A DNA stretch of 61,642 nt, filler included, from Trichosphaerium sp. ATCC 40318 (taxonomy: Eukaryota > Protista > Tubulinea), in the NCBI GenBank assembly GCA_038496445.1. It is 3 parts of 3 records of this genome, joined end to end, with 100 filler letters (N's around TTAATTAATTAA, not from the genome) between each part and the next. Parts side by side here need not be neighbours in the genome. Positions count along the whole stretch, not along the records: positions 1 to 28,907 come from JALMLS010000616.1; positions 29,008 to 58,528 come from JALMLS010000430.1; 1 more part is not named here. One strand, given 5' to 3'. The notes under the pieces were generated by a model, which was given only the letters and a program-made list of their open reading frames with translations, made no database searches and was not told where the DNA came from. Position numbers and translations under genes: made by a program. Below, one piece after another: positions 22,757 to 35,703 of the stretch; the stretch's first letter is position 1; every line of letters begins with the position of its first letter.

Positions 22757-24145
22757 TTATTGTTGAGCACAGCGGCTTGTAAACACTTCATCATCACTGT
22801 CGCGTTCTTCTGGGACAGGGAAAATACTCATGGGTTGCATTGGAGAATCACATACTTGAGATCTCGGTAATGTAGTTTGTGAAAGCAACTAAACATGCTG
22901 TTAGGTACCAAAAACTGCTTGATAAGTGACATACGTTTACTGAAGCGTCATCTATTGTCATTGGGTACTGAATGTCGAACTCAATATATAGATCACCACT
23001 AGATGTTGGGTTGTTATATAACGGAAGGCCTTCTCCTTGGACAGTATATCTAGCTCCTGGTTTTATTGGACCTCGATTTCTAAAGAAAGTTAGGGTTTTT
23101 TTTTGAGCTTACAGCTTCGTACCTTGTGTTATGTTCAACAACTATCGGCATTCCAGAAACATGCTTGATCTTAAATTTGAACCCAATTAAAGAATCAAGG
23201 AGAGTAATGGTTTTTTTATAAACCAAATGTTGCCCTTCGTTGCCTGTTCTCGAAAACCTGATGAGACATTAAGTGCAAATATTTCAAACAAAAATCATCG
23301 CACGTGCTATGTTCCGCATCGTATAACTGAATGATTACTTCACCTGGTTGCAACCCTTGTATTTCGTCACCAAACCCAGGAAATCTAAATTTATGTCCAG
23401 GCGGTGTTCCAGGTTCAATGTTGAGTGTAAGAGCAACGTGATCCTAAAAACAAAAAGAAAATTAACAAAAAACAGAAAAAAACAGGAAATCATCTTCCGT
23501 TTTTGGCACAACGTGAAATTTAGATCTAAATTCAACAAGGTAAAAATAATGAAATCACGTGCTACTGTATTATTAAGACGTTTACGAGATAATTTGAATG
23601 TTTTTGTGCATCCTGTAAAGATTTCTTTCAAAGTTACTTGAATAGCCATTATTTTTGTTGGACCATAACCTTGAGGTTGTACATGCACAGGAGCGTTTAT
23701 ATCATTCATAAATTCCGTAAAAGGATCTTTTTTATCGTCTTCACGCAGTTTCTGCTCTTGTAAGCCGGATTGACCAGCTAAGTGTTGTCTTAGGTTGTTT
23801 TTACTGTTTAAAAGCATTTCTACGCTATTAAGGGTAGATTGAAGAACATACCGGCGTCGTACACGCGCTTTTTCTCTGGTTTTGATAAAACGCCATAAGC
23901 TTCGTTAATGTTTTTAAACTGGATTAGTTAGGCGCTTAATAGCGGTTTTAGAGCATTTAAGAGGCAACTTGCCTTTTCTACTGCGTCTTCACTCTTGTTT
24001 CTGTCAGGATGATACTTTATTGCTAGCTAGACGCTCAGATGGCCACATTATAACTTTCTAAGCTTCAACGTACTTTTCTGTACGCTTTTTTGATTACAGC
24101 AGCTGAGGCATCTCTTGGTACACCTAATACCTTGTAGTAATCCAT
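22757..24145 (-). CDS. dnaJ: DnaJ/Hsp40 co-chaperone (J domain + C-terminal domains, CaaX end)
   Basis: MDYYKVLGVPRDAS..IKKAYRK|LAIKYHPDRN..|FKNINEAYGVLS; VTLKEIFTG; IEPGTPPG..FPGFGDE; GEGLP..GDLYIEFDIQYP; ends CAQQ*. Confidence 0.9.
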
Positions 24146-24395
24146 TCCACAGGTTTACATACACCTTAACAGGTTGTAAAATGTGACTCCATTTGACCTG
24201 TAAAAACAGTACAGCACGTGATAACCTTGTACAATCATAATGATAACTAACTACAACTTAATACCGTGCTCATAACGTCGAGTAATTATGTTGATGTTAT
24301 TTGATTTCACTTTATTTTGTTGTTGAACATCCAGTTGATGCTTTTGTGTCAATTTTTTTTAATATTGCGATTTTGATTCTTAGTTTCTCCTTTGT

Positions 24396-25414
24396 TTAGT
24401 CTATACTGGCTATTATATGTACTTCCCACTCGTAGAAATGACCCATACAAACTTCTAAGTAAACATAACGCTGGCTTGATAGGTTGTAGAAACCAACAGA
24501 AGATGATAAAGTACTAAATTTAGTAATCTTCCTAATAGGTGCTTCCGATCTTAAGAAAATTACACCACAAGGTACCTCTGTTGCAACAACATCGAGATAT
24601 GAAGGCTTTTCACCAAGCGATCCCATGTAGTCTGGACGAGGTGTGCAAGTTGCTCTAATACTGACAACGCGTTTGCCTTCCATTTCAGTAAATCTGTAAT
24701 TGGCATAGCTGTAAAAACTTTTGGAATTTGTGAACATTGACAAATGACAAGAAAATACAGTCTCCTTTGTTGATTCTATTGATGGAAAACACAGTACTGC
24801 TCTATTTCCACGAGGACTGGGAGTAATGTCGTAATATCGCCTCTTATCTTTTAATTTAGGTCTGCGTAGTGTCGCTCTTTTGTTTCCTCTATAATTTATT
24901 GTATATTCGCCCACGTGATCTAGCACGTTTTTGCAACGTCTCGTGAACGCTTTATTGTGGTGATACGCAGACCTGTGCTTCAAATAGGATGAGTAGTTTT
25001 GACATAAAAAGGATATAGATTCGTCTTGACAGTCTTTTAAAAATATGTCCAAGTTTTTAAAAGCAGTGTTAAGTTTGTTGAATGTATTATGAAACGGAAC
25101 AGCATATTTATGTAGTCTTTTGGCTCTAATAACACCCTAAACGCGCCAAATAATCGATATAATGGTCCGCTTTTGAATAGTATTCGGATGTAAGCCTTTA
25201 AGCTCGATTTAAATGATGAACTCAAGTAATCACGCCAGGTAGAGCATACCACTCGCCCAGAGCATATTACTAGTATATTAGTACGTTTGCATAGTTGTTT
25301 TAAGTTTTTGTGTTGAACGTCATTTGATGGCGCTTTTATTACATCATTTAATATGTAGTACGTCAATTCTAGAGGCAAAGGCCAACAGCCTACGTTGTTG
25401 ATATCCGGTTCCAT
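24396..25414 (-). CDS. F-box-like hypothetical protein split into two overlapping ORFs (frameshift or unrecognised intron near 25040-25100)
   Basis: WPLPLELTYYIL...RVVCSTWRD F-box-like in ORF 25037-25432, followed directly by the 218-aa ORF 24396-25052 in another frame. Confidence 0.5.
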
Positions 25415-25595
25415 GCTACTTTTAACATTCACTTATAGTAGACTACGAAACTTAACCAGACAACTGATCTATCAGTGATTGCAACAAACTCCGTTCGTAC
25501 TTGTGGTTTGAATTCCACAAATACAACTGACATTTGTATCGCTGGCAAGCAAAAGGGAGCACTATTTTCCCACATTCCAAAGGAGAAAAGAAAGC

Positions 25596-28500
25596 TCAAC
25601 GCCTTTCCTGTATGTAACGACATCCAAAAAGGACAGTATACAGAGCAGCGCTGAAAGATGGACAAGAAGGAAAAACCAAACCGAAACGCTCCAAGGCAAG
25701 CATTTGTAAAGAGACTTTTGGTTAAACGGATTTTATTGTACAAAGTAACGAAAAAAAAACTTACTCCTGCTAACAACTTCTTGTAGTTGATTAATTTGTA
25801 TGAAGATTGAAAATACCATACGAAGGGCATCTAAGGTAAGAGTAAGAAAATAATACAATACTGTGAGGACCCGAGAAGTAGTCAATTCTTTTAGATTTTT
25901 TTCAACAAAAATAAAATTTTATGTAAACGTACATGTTTAATACTTTCTCAAACCTCTGATCAAGACGATCCAAATCCATACTTTGCTGCTCAAGGCAGTT
26001 CCTCAAAATTTCATCTGCTGGCATTTTATTGAATAACTTGTGCTAAAAAAACAGGTAAGAAGGTAAATTAAAAAGTTGTTGATTTGTTAACAAACTAATC
26101 GACTTTTACTAACCCTCAATAAACTTGTTGCTGGTGGCCTAGAACTTGGTTGTTTTTTTAGTGCCGTTTGTATAAAATTACGCAAACTAGACGACCACTG
26201 TGTTCCCCTTTTAGAAGTTTAGTAAAGACGAAACAAAAGCCACAAACAAACCTTAGATTTGGTGCTGGGTTCTTTGATATTTGGAACAAAGCAGCCATAG
26301 GTGTCATATCATGGTAAGGTGGTTTTCGTTCTGCGATTTCTAACATTGTTTCGGTTACAAAAAAAACGTCCAGTAAAGTAAGACTACTTACCAATTGCTG
26401 TGATACCCAAACTCCAAATATCGCAACTGTGGTTATGACCAGTGCCTTGAAAAATCTCTGGAGCCATCCTTTAATAAATAAATGAGAAATCATTGTAGAA
26501 TAATACCAATAAACGCAAACAAAAAAAAAAGCAGAGAGGCAAAACATTTATTAGAATCATACGTACCAGTATGGTGATCCAATTGTTGTAGTACGCAGCT
26601 CATCAAACGATGTAACTTGAGCTGATATTCCAAAATCGCCTGTTGGAGCAAAAAAGTTAGTACGTACTGAAAAATAAAATAACGTACTTAATTTGCACTT
26701 TCCATCAGTGCCAAGAAGGATATTTTGAGCTATGCGATCAATTAGAATACCAAGCAAGGATACCCACTGAATGGTAAATACTACGTACACTTTATGTCTC
26801 TGTGTATAATATTGACTGAATGCAAGTACGCAATAGCATGCGTAATCTTATGTAAAATAATGCGAACTTGATCTTCGGTAAAGTCTACAAACGGTTAACA
26901 AGCTGTATGACGTCAAAGCAAAAAATACGTACCAACAGGCATTTTATCGAGAATCATTGTGAGACTACCACAGTCAAAGTATTCCATTACCAACTACATT
27001 ATAATAAGATCAAACAAGTTCAAGGCGTGACAATGGCTGTGTACCCAATGGTAGTCGTAGTAGTAATAAGTAGCATAGTATTTTGATGTATATAACGTAT
27101 TGAGTTGTGTTAGGAACTTAATTTCCTTCTCAATTAGAACTTGTGCGTCATCTGTATTACCAGGCATTGTAAGCAACTTAACAGCTACTATTGAGCCTGT
27201 TTCTTTATTCTTGGCACGAAATACGAGTGATGTAGACCTATAAATGAAAACTCATTAAATAAAATACGTGCGCAGGTAGTGACATTAAATTAAGCGTACC
27301 CTTTGCCAATAATATTTGTAAGCTCAAAATCATCCTGTATATTGCCTTGAATGTACATGTCGTCGTGTGTTTGTGTTTTCTTTAATAAAATATTTTCTGT
27401 TTTTAAATCTTTCATTTGATTTTCAAGAGCTGCTAGCTTTCTCTATAATACCATTAAACGAATAACCGTTGTTTCACGCCCTAAAAGTTATCGTAACACG
27501 TACTGCTAGTTCAGCAACTTGATCCTAACCCAAAATGAGCAAAGTCTTTCAAAAAAAAAGATAATGCGTACGTCTTTATCTGTTTGTGGAGCCGGACGGA
27601 AAGATGAGCTACTAGATGCCTCATACTCTAATGCTGGAACAGAAGAGTTTCTACGTGTCACCCTACTACGTTCGGTGCTTATTCTACTATCTTGACTACG
27701 TCTGGTATCTTGACTACGCCTAGTCTCTAAACTAGCTATAAAGTAAAACAACTTAGCAAAAAAATAAATAGTAAGCTCAGGTACCCCAACCAGAAGCTGA
27801 ATTTGCCAATGTTATACTAAAAGAAACATCCACTGACGTTTGCTCTATAACACGGACTGTGACGTTGACCTACACAACCATTGAACATATATTTTACAAA
27901 AAAAAACACTCATGCTTATCTAAACGTACCATAATTCCACGTTTGTTCTTCATACGCGTTTCGATCACTTGAGCGCCCATTTTGACCTGAGCTACAAATT
28001 TATTCAACGTTTTCATTTCAGGGTCAAGAAACGATAATAATTTTTTGCCAATCATTCTACTACGTTTGTATCTATTATACTAACATTAGAGACATCTCTA
28101 AGAATAGATCTATAAACCTCAAAGAAGCACAGCACCTCAATAACGTCCATAAAAAACTTTCCAAAAATAACCTTTTCAAAAACTGACCAAAAACTGACCA
28201 AAGCGTACCCAAGAGCATCAATTGGCCCAGATACTGCATCAATTTTTGTAGTGGTAATATTACAAGAAACGAATATGCTATCATCAGATGCTGATGCGCT
28301 AAGTGCTTCGGAGTAAGAAAAAAGAAAAATAAAGTAAAAAAGTTACTACGCGTCATCTCCTTTACCTTTGTGTATCTGTGTGTTCCACTGATGATGTACC
28401 AGGTGATCGTGATGATAGAGAGCGCACATTCTCCTTTAGAAATCGATTAATCGCTTTTTCTTTATTGTTTTTTGACAATAAACGCTTACCGTGGCGGTAC

Positions 28501-28907
28501 TAGCTGCTATGCCTGAGAGAGGGAAATACGTGAGAGCCGACAGCCATACTTCCAGTTCTGATAATATTAGACAAAAACGAAATCATTTTCTTGAAACGCT
28601 CACATGCGTACGTTTTCTAGATGCCACAGCGAATATAAACGGTGTTGTTTTCTTCTTTTTTGAATGTTTGTCGATCTAATGTAATAAACATGAGAAAACT
28701 GCTGAGCTCCATGTAGAGCAATAACATACCAACTCAAAGCAGTATTTACGTTTAACAGTTGCTGTTTCTCGAATAACATGCAAACGCAAATTTTTCGTTC
28801 TTTTTTTACCCTGAACAAAGTCCTGTACGCTGTTAATGAACAACAACGTAGTTGAAGTAACCAACCTTTTCACTGTCTGCATAACTGAAAACTCCACCAC
28901 TCGCTCT
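25596..28907 (-). CDS. STE20-family Ser/Thr kinase with N-terminal PH-like and PAS-like domains (5' truncated at contig end)
   Basis: Kinase exons: FELTNIIGKG, IVAVK, KEIKFL, LVMEYFDCGSL, IIHRDIK|AQNILL, GDFGISAQ..TTIGSPYW|MAPE, DIWSLG, PPYHDMTPMAALFQI. Upstream KYCFEL..FIFAVAS..ELEVWLSAL (PH) and IDAVSGPIDALG|YNR..MIGKKLLSFLDPE (PAS-like). Confidence 0.85.
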
Positions 28908-29007
28908 NNNNNNNNNNNNNNNNNNNNNNNNNNNNNNNNNNNNNNNNNNNNTTAATTAATTAANNNNNNNNNNNNNNNNNNNNNNNNNNNNNNNNNNNNN
29001 NNNNNNN
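28908..29007. other. Artificial contig-joining linker
   Basis: 44 N + TTAATTAATTAA (stops in all six frames) + 44 N. Confidence 0.97.
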
Positions 29008-29588
29008 GTCACAAATGGGAGTATCCAAACTTGAGTAGGTCATTGTACTTAAGTTTGTTTTTTTCTTGTCTTATGTACTCTTTAGCTGAAGAGCTATGGG
29101 CAAGAGCACAATTTTCACAGTGGAACGAATTATATTGCAATAAGACAGCTATACGTAACGCCTATATCCAACATGCATCAACAGGAGCAGTACAATTTAC
29201 TTTTCTATATCACAATATGAAGGATCAGATAAACATTCCCTACGATTACAAGATGGAACCTAAGTATGCTATTTGCCTTTTGATCTATTGATTTGTTGTA
29301 GTTTAAGCAGTATTACCTGTATCGCAACTATTGTACGCTATGCACACATCCGGAAAAAAATTATCAGTCTATTGTGCACTTTTTTGGAAGTAGCAGTACG
29401 TTGGTTTTACTTTACCTCCTGTTGATTTATTAATTTGTCACTAGACTTTCATAGAAGATAAGGTACACAGTGATAAAATGTACACAATAACATTGTCAAT
29501 ACCAAAAGTTGAGAGTTCCGTGCTAGATAATTTTCTGCCACTGTACCTAACCCCATATGATAGAGACCGACCTCCAGAAACTTTTTGA
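29008..29588 (+). CDS. NLS-BTB family subfamily A, 3' half (cut by gap)
   Basis: EELWARAQFSQW...LLCTFLEVA|TFIEDK...PKVESSVLDNFLPLYLTPY matches the C-terminal exons of the array genes. Confidence 0.8.
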
Positions 29589-30362
29589 GTTTGTAAAATA
29601 ATAAAATGACTTAAAAATACTGAGTACCATTTTCAGAGACCACAGCAGCCTAGCTAGCACAAGTTGGAATTGTACTATTAACAAGCGTTCTAGTAGAAAA
29701 AAATTGGCTGTACAAAAAAAGTAACAAGCCTAATAGTAGGCAACAAATATTATGCATACCATTCCTTACGCTATTTAAGCGAACAGCTGTAATACGGACG
29801 CCACCAAGTAGTTCATTGAGTAGCGGACAAAACGTGTTCACTGAACAATATTTGACAGGTTCACATTTTAATATGTCAAATATCATGAAATTGCAGTTTA
29901 CCGACATACTGTTGCTCTTGAGCATAACAAATTATTCATATACAGCTTGGAGAAAAACAGCTAGAGCTAGAATAATATTGCAACAGGGACACAATTAACT
30001 CATTGCGGAGTTTGAACAAAACCTTCGCCCAAACCAAAATATTTGAATTGAGTAAGGTCGGAAAACGTTCGTAATAGCACCAGCTACTCTCAAAAGCTAT
30101 CGTGTGTAGATACTATCACGATGTGATACTGTTTAACGTTGGTTCAAACATTTCCTTTTTTAGGTATGCGACGTCTAGAAGTGCTATTTTTTTTCAATTT
30201 TTCAGTACAGTATTAAACTTGCCACGTAAACGATAGGTTTCTAGTTTGCTAGCTTAGAGAAAGGTGTAATGCCAAACCATCGTTGAAACATCCACCTGCG
30301 CTCTTATAAACGTTGATTGAAAAACTGTAAAGTTAGTTTTCAAGCTAATTCACACGTTCGCA

Positions 30363-32173
30363 ATGAGTGCGGCTAAGCGTCAAAGATTGACGCCAGAATA
30401 CCTCAATGGTAAGTTAATTAATAAGATATAGCGTTTAATAATGTGAGTAGAAGATTTAGCTTTTATAGCTAGCTTAGACAGCGCGTTGCTTCTCCCGTAC
30501 TACACACCACCTGGAACCGCAAAAGATGAAGATAAACGGTTATACCAGGAAGACATTTCCCACCTCACATCATCATTGCTTAATACTACGCCAAGCCTTC
30601 AGTATGCTCAAGAACTGACAACGTTTGAACAACTAGAAGCACACGCAAACTTATCACCGTTTTTGTCGTTGGACACAGAATTATACAGGTTCTACTCGAA
30701 TTGCAATTACCGCAGGTCTAACTCTTTTAAGCCATGACATAGCAATACCTAATCCAACCTGGGCAAACCAAAGTATACAATTTATAGAAGGCCACTATAG
30801 ATTCACGTTATCTCAAGCAATTTTGTTTAAGTTCGATGATTCAAAGTTTGCTAGTGCCTACCGCGAACAAAACACTGGATATATGCTCGGGGACGTTATT
30901 CTCGAACAAAATGAGTGCGTGATTGACAATTTTGATTTGATAAAAACATGAATGTCGGAAACGCCATTTCGTTCCTTAACAGTTGTTGCTTTTACGGTAT
31001 TTCTCACTCCTGAATTAACAGGTTCAGCGATGTGCTTGAGACAGTTCTGTTTGTAATGAACAATTTCAACATCAACATTGCAACAACGCAACGCTTGAGC
31101 AGAGGTTTGGATTTCTACCGTATTATACCTATACCAGCTCGTGCGTAATGTTTGAAACAACTTCCGCCTAACTGTACTCCAGCCAAACACAAAGAGGAGT
31201 TCACAGCACCCAGAAAAGTGTTGGAACTACAAACACTCATGAAAGAACAAACTCCATTATTAGTAAAGGAAGTACGTTGATTAAAAATACGTTGTATGGT
31301 TACTAACTGTCAAATGTGAATAGGCGGGCTCTGGTACTTTTAGCTACGAGATGGTGTTGGAAGATGACAATGAGTTTTTATTCTCACCTGAATTAATAAC
31401 CGCCTTGCACACTTATCTAGACACACCCAAGTACAAACTGGTACAAAATGGTATAAAAACCTAACTAACTTACTCTATAGGCACTATCATCAGTTGGACA
31501 TGGATACTCTAAATTGTTGAGATTTAGTTGGCAGAATGTTGATACCACAATGCTAGAAAAATCGTATCAGCTTATTATTGACGGAGTGAAATGGATTCAC
31601 TTTGCTAGTATAGGTACAAAGGAACGCGCAGTGTGATATTGACATTGTTGTAGCTGAAAGGTTGTGGGCAACAACTGTGCATTCGCAGTGGACAGTGGTA
31701 AAGCAACATGACAAAGAGATTATTCAAAGCTACAACACTCAAGTCTTGCGAAACCAAGACCATTTTAGAGTGGCATTGGCATGTCCTGGCTCTTATCAAG
31801 ATGTAGTTCTTTCCAATGTAGACTTCGTAGTATATTTGTACGCACGTGGTGCAGCAACAGCCACCTTATATGTTTATTTAGGAACCACACCTTATTCACG
31901 TCACCAAAGCGTGTAAAAGACAACATTCACGCATGGAATGTACTAACACGTCTTTCATCCATTTTGGAAACGGTAGGTCTCGTTACGTATAAATATACAA
32001 TAGCTAACACAGCCAAGACTTTATCGGGTTATAAGTTTGGCGACACTGAAGTATTAGTTGTGACGCTTGATGTTGGCGAACTTGTGAAGCCTTTAACGTC
32101 TATAATATTGAAAGCCCAAGAGGGAGTTATCGTTCTTGATGAAGTTCCAGAACCAAAGCGTGGTCAAAATTGA
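30363..32173 (+). CDS. Divergent BTB-family gene, subfamily B
   Basis: MSAAKRQRL NLS; IQFIEGHYRFTLSQAILFKFDDSKFA (BTB-like); ERLWATTVHSQW corresponds to the EELWA motif. Similar to 50343-51982. One splice phase could not be reconciled, so it may be disrupted. Confidence 0.6.
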
Positions 32174-32329
32174 TTCTTTACTAAGCAGTACTTGCGACGC
32201 AAAGTGTTCAATAATATTGTAAGCCCTTTCCCAAGATAGTCGAATAAAAAAATAGAAGTACAAAATCTGCGTATCATTTACTAAATAAAGTCAATTGTAT
32301 TCTGAATTACACTGGTGTACTACACTACA

Positions 32330-33873
32330 ATGTCAGAGCCTCCAAAGAAGAAGAAGAAGTTAAATCCAAGCACTGAAACTTCGGTAACGAATGTAAATAC
32401 GACAAACTCTATAGAAGCAAGGCAAGCACCTCTAGCAACGAATGAAACAGCACCAGGGAAAGAAACAAGCGTATCATCAATAGAAACGTCAATTCTGTTT
32501 AAATGTGGTGATTTTAGCTTTGCACTATCGAAAGAGCTACTCAACGCGTATTCATCATCTCTTTTTGCTTCTAAAGTACATTTTGAATCACTGCGCGATA
32601 CTTCTACAAAAACAACTGTCCTGGAGGATTGTAGGCACGTCAACCGATATATTCATCACTGCGACATACTTACTATTTTAACCGTTAGCCACTCAAAGTT
32701 CCTCCCGACAATCTTGCGTTTGATGAAAAAAGAAGAAATGAAGAGTATTGAAGATGCGTCAAATTTGTGGTTTGCAGCTGAATACTATGGTGTACCTATT
32801 GTTTGGAAAGATATCAATATGCCTTTTGGCACGTGAACACTAGTGTACACTTCTTTAATTGCTGATACTGTACATAGGTAGTAAGTTGAAGATTCTTGCT
32901 GTGACAAATATTCTTGAAAAAGTTAGAGAGTTTTGGGAATACCTTCAAGGTTACCTAAAAATGAATGTTAGTCATTCATAGCATCTAATGTCTCTAAGTT
33001 ACAATAGGCGAGTAATGGTGATAACTCAGAGATTGTTGGTGATGAAACAAATGAACAGTATATAACAACACGCTTAGGCAGAGCAGCATTGGCAAAGTAC
33101 TTTAAACAATGTAACTTGGTAAGATGTTAACACTTACTGTTGGTACTAACTATGGTACATTAGCATTACACATATACACAAAATGACACTGGTCTAAACC
33201 AAATAAAAGTATTGTGGACAGATGAAGAAGTTGGACTTGAAGTTGTACAAAAGCGGTGTCTTCATGCTATCGCAGGGATAGAATGGGAGTATGCAAACTT
33301 AAGTATGTTTTCAGGTGCACATTCGGCAGTCTAATGCGTTGCTTAGCAGAACTGTTATGGGCTAAATCACAGTATAAGCGATGGAATGATGTATTTAAAC
33401 AAAGAAAGGAGTTACGGACTGCATATATCCACCAAAGCTCAATAGGTGCAGAATTGTTTATTGTGATGTGTCATGATATGCTAACAGAAAATCCTACAAA
33501 CATTCCTTATCACTTCATGATTAAGCGGCAGTATGTTGTATACAACCTTTGATAAGTTCAGTGTTATTAACTAACTTATGATGTAGTCCAGCGGAGGCTT
33601 ATTCAGTGCAGGCTCTGCTAAAAGATAAACAGATGAGGAAAAAACTTATAAGAATATTGTGCACCTTCTTGGAAGTAGCAGTACGTTGGTTCATCATTTA
33701 TATGATTAACGATTAAAAAGACTTTTGTGGAAGAAAGAATTTACAATAAAAACACGTTCATACTTGCATTAACAATTCCAAAAGTTGATGACGCCATGCT
33801 TGATGACTTTTTACCAATCTTTCTTACTCCATTTGATCCAACGCGAATACATGAAATACTTCAACCAAGATAA
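32330..33873 (+). CDS. NLS-BTB/POZ family protein, subfamily A (8 exons)
   Basis: MSEPPKKKKKLNP...FKCGDFSFALSKELLNAYSSSLFASKVHFESL...HSKFLPTILRLMK..LWFAAEYYGVP...ELLWAKSQ...FLPIFLTPFDP. Confidence 0.85.
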
Positions 33874-34079
33874 TCGACTATGCTTCATTAATAAACTGTA
33901 CTTCTAGGTCAATTTGTGTCGTATACTATTTTTTATCAAGTACGAAATAAAGCATTAGACACTGATATTCCCATTGTTGAGTGGTTCAGTTTACAACCAC
34001 AAAAGTGTGTTTACTTTGCATTCAGTATTTGGTAGATTGATTGTTTATTACACCGCTTAACTAGAATACCGGTTTAAAC

Positions 34080-35560
34080 ATGTGTGAACAACAAAAGAAG
34101 AGAAAATTGATGCACATCACAGAAGCGCCTGTAAACACAGTACTAGCTTCTCAAACGTTAGATTTGGCCGTAGAAACTGTAAAAACATCAGTACAGTTCA
34201 AATGTGGTGATTTTAGCTTCACACTGTCAGAGGAGCTACTCAACACGTATTCATCATCTCTTTTTGCGTCTAAAGTGCATTTTGAATCATTACAAGATAA
34301 TTCAGCACAAATAACGCTTTTGGAAGAGTGTAGGCACGCCAAGGCTCAAAATCATTATCCATTATGTAACTAATTAAGGTTTAGCCATTCTAAGTGTCTA
34401 TCGACAATTGTGAAATTGATGAAAAACGAAAAGATAGAGGATATAGAAGATCCTTCCACTGTGTGGTTCGCAGCAGAATACTATGGCATACCCATTGTTT
34501 GGAAAGACATCAATATGCCTTTTGGCACGTGAAAACATCTTGTTCAATTAGTAATGTATGTGCAGCAAAAAAGTTGAAGTTAGTCACTGTTGCAAATATA
34601 TATGAGCAAGTACAAGAGCTTTGGGAATACTTACAAGTTTACCTTCAAATTAAAGCACGCTAGTATATGCAACCACCAATAATAAGTTGTAATAGGCGGA
34701 TGAGGGTGGCATTTCACAAATTGTTGGCGACGAAATAAACAAACAGTACATAACAACACGCATAGGGAGGGCAGCTTTGGCAAAGTACTTTAAACAATGT
34801 AACTTGGTATGATGCAATGTATTTAATTGATACTAACATATGAACAAAGCATCATAAATATATACGAAGTGATATAGGCGTAACTCAGTTGATAGTAGTT
34901 TGGGGAGATGACGAAGTTGGTCCTGAAGTTGTGAAGAACAGATGTATGCAAGCAATTGCAGGCATTGAATGGACATACGCAAACCTGAGTAAGTTTACTA
35001 CCTAATCCTATTGCCTTCCATTTATTTCTTGCCTGCTTAGCTGAACAATTATGGGCTAAAACACAGAATAAAAGATGGCATGACTTATTTAAAAAAAGAG
35101 GTGTTATGCGCACAGCATATATCCATAGAGGATCAATAGGAGCAGAAACTTTTGTTGTGCTGTGTCATAACAATAAAGCGGTATATCCAACAAACATATC
35201 GTATCATTATCTAATAGAAACAAAGTGAGTTTTGATTAAGTTCAGCTGATTGAAACTAATTCTTGGAATAGTCCAACTGATATATATTCTGTGAAGGCTC
35301 TTGTAAATGATAAAGAGATGCGAAGGAAGCTTATCAGTTTGTTGTGCACATTTTTGGAAATAGCAGTACGCTTTTAACCACGTCATAGACGTCAAATTAA
35401 GGATATGTTTTAGACATTTGTGGAAGAAAGAGTTTACAGTGAAGACACATTTATAGTTGTGTTAACGATTCCAAAGATTGAAGAAGCTATGCTTGACGCT
35501 TTGTTGCCAATCTATCTTACCCCATTTGATCCAACACAAATCAACAAAACAACCGGCTAG
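34080..35560 (+). CDS. NLS-BTB/POZ family protein, subfamily A
   Basis: MCEQQKKRKL...QFKCGDFSFTLSEELL...; same exon series, ending LPIYLTPFDP..TG*. Confidence 0.85.
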
Positions 35561-35703
35561 AAAAGGCTTTCGCTCAACTCGCACAAATATGAAAGTAAAA
35601 AAATAATGTACAAACGTGGCAAGAAGATTACTACTTTAAACACTTTTGCTGCTCATTACATGGGTTGTGAATAATAAATGTCAGGGCTATACAACGAAAT
35701 TTA

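Noticed and set aside
2082-24220. CACGTG + GGTCAAA as a core promoter (2082/2152, 21576/21605, 24192/24215)
   Set aside because: The 2082 instance is a MITE TIR, and many CACGTG hits are GCACGT splice donors. Two remaining cases are too few.
28908-29007. TTAATTAATTAA palindrome inside N runs (also 58529-58628) as a biological motif
   Set aside because: Identical 44N+12+44N format with six-frame stops is a concatenation linker. Adjacency across it carries no biological meaning.
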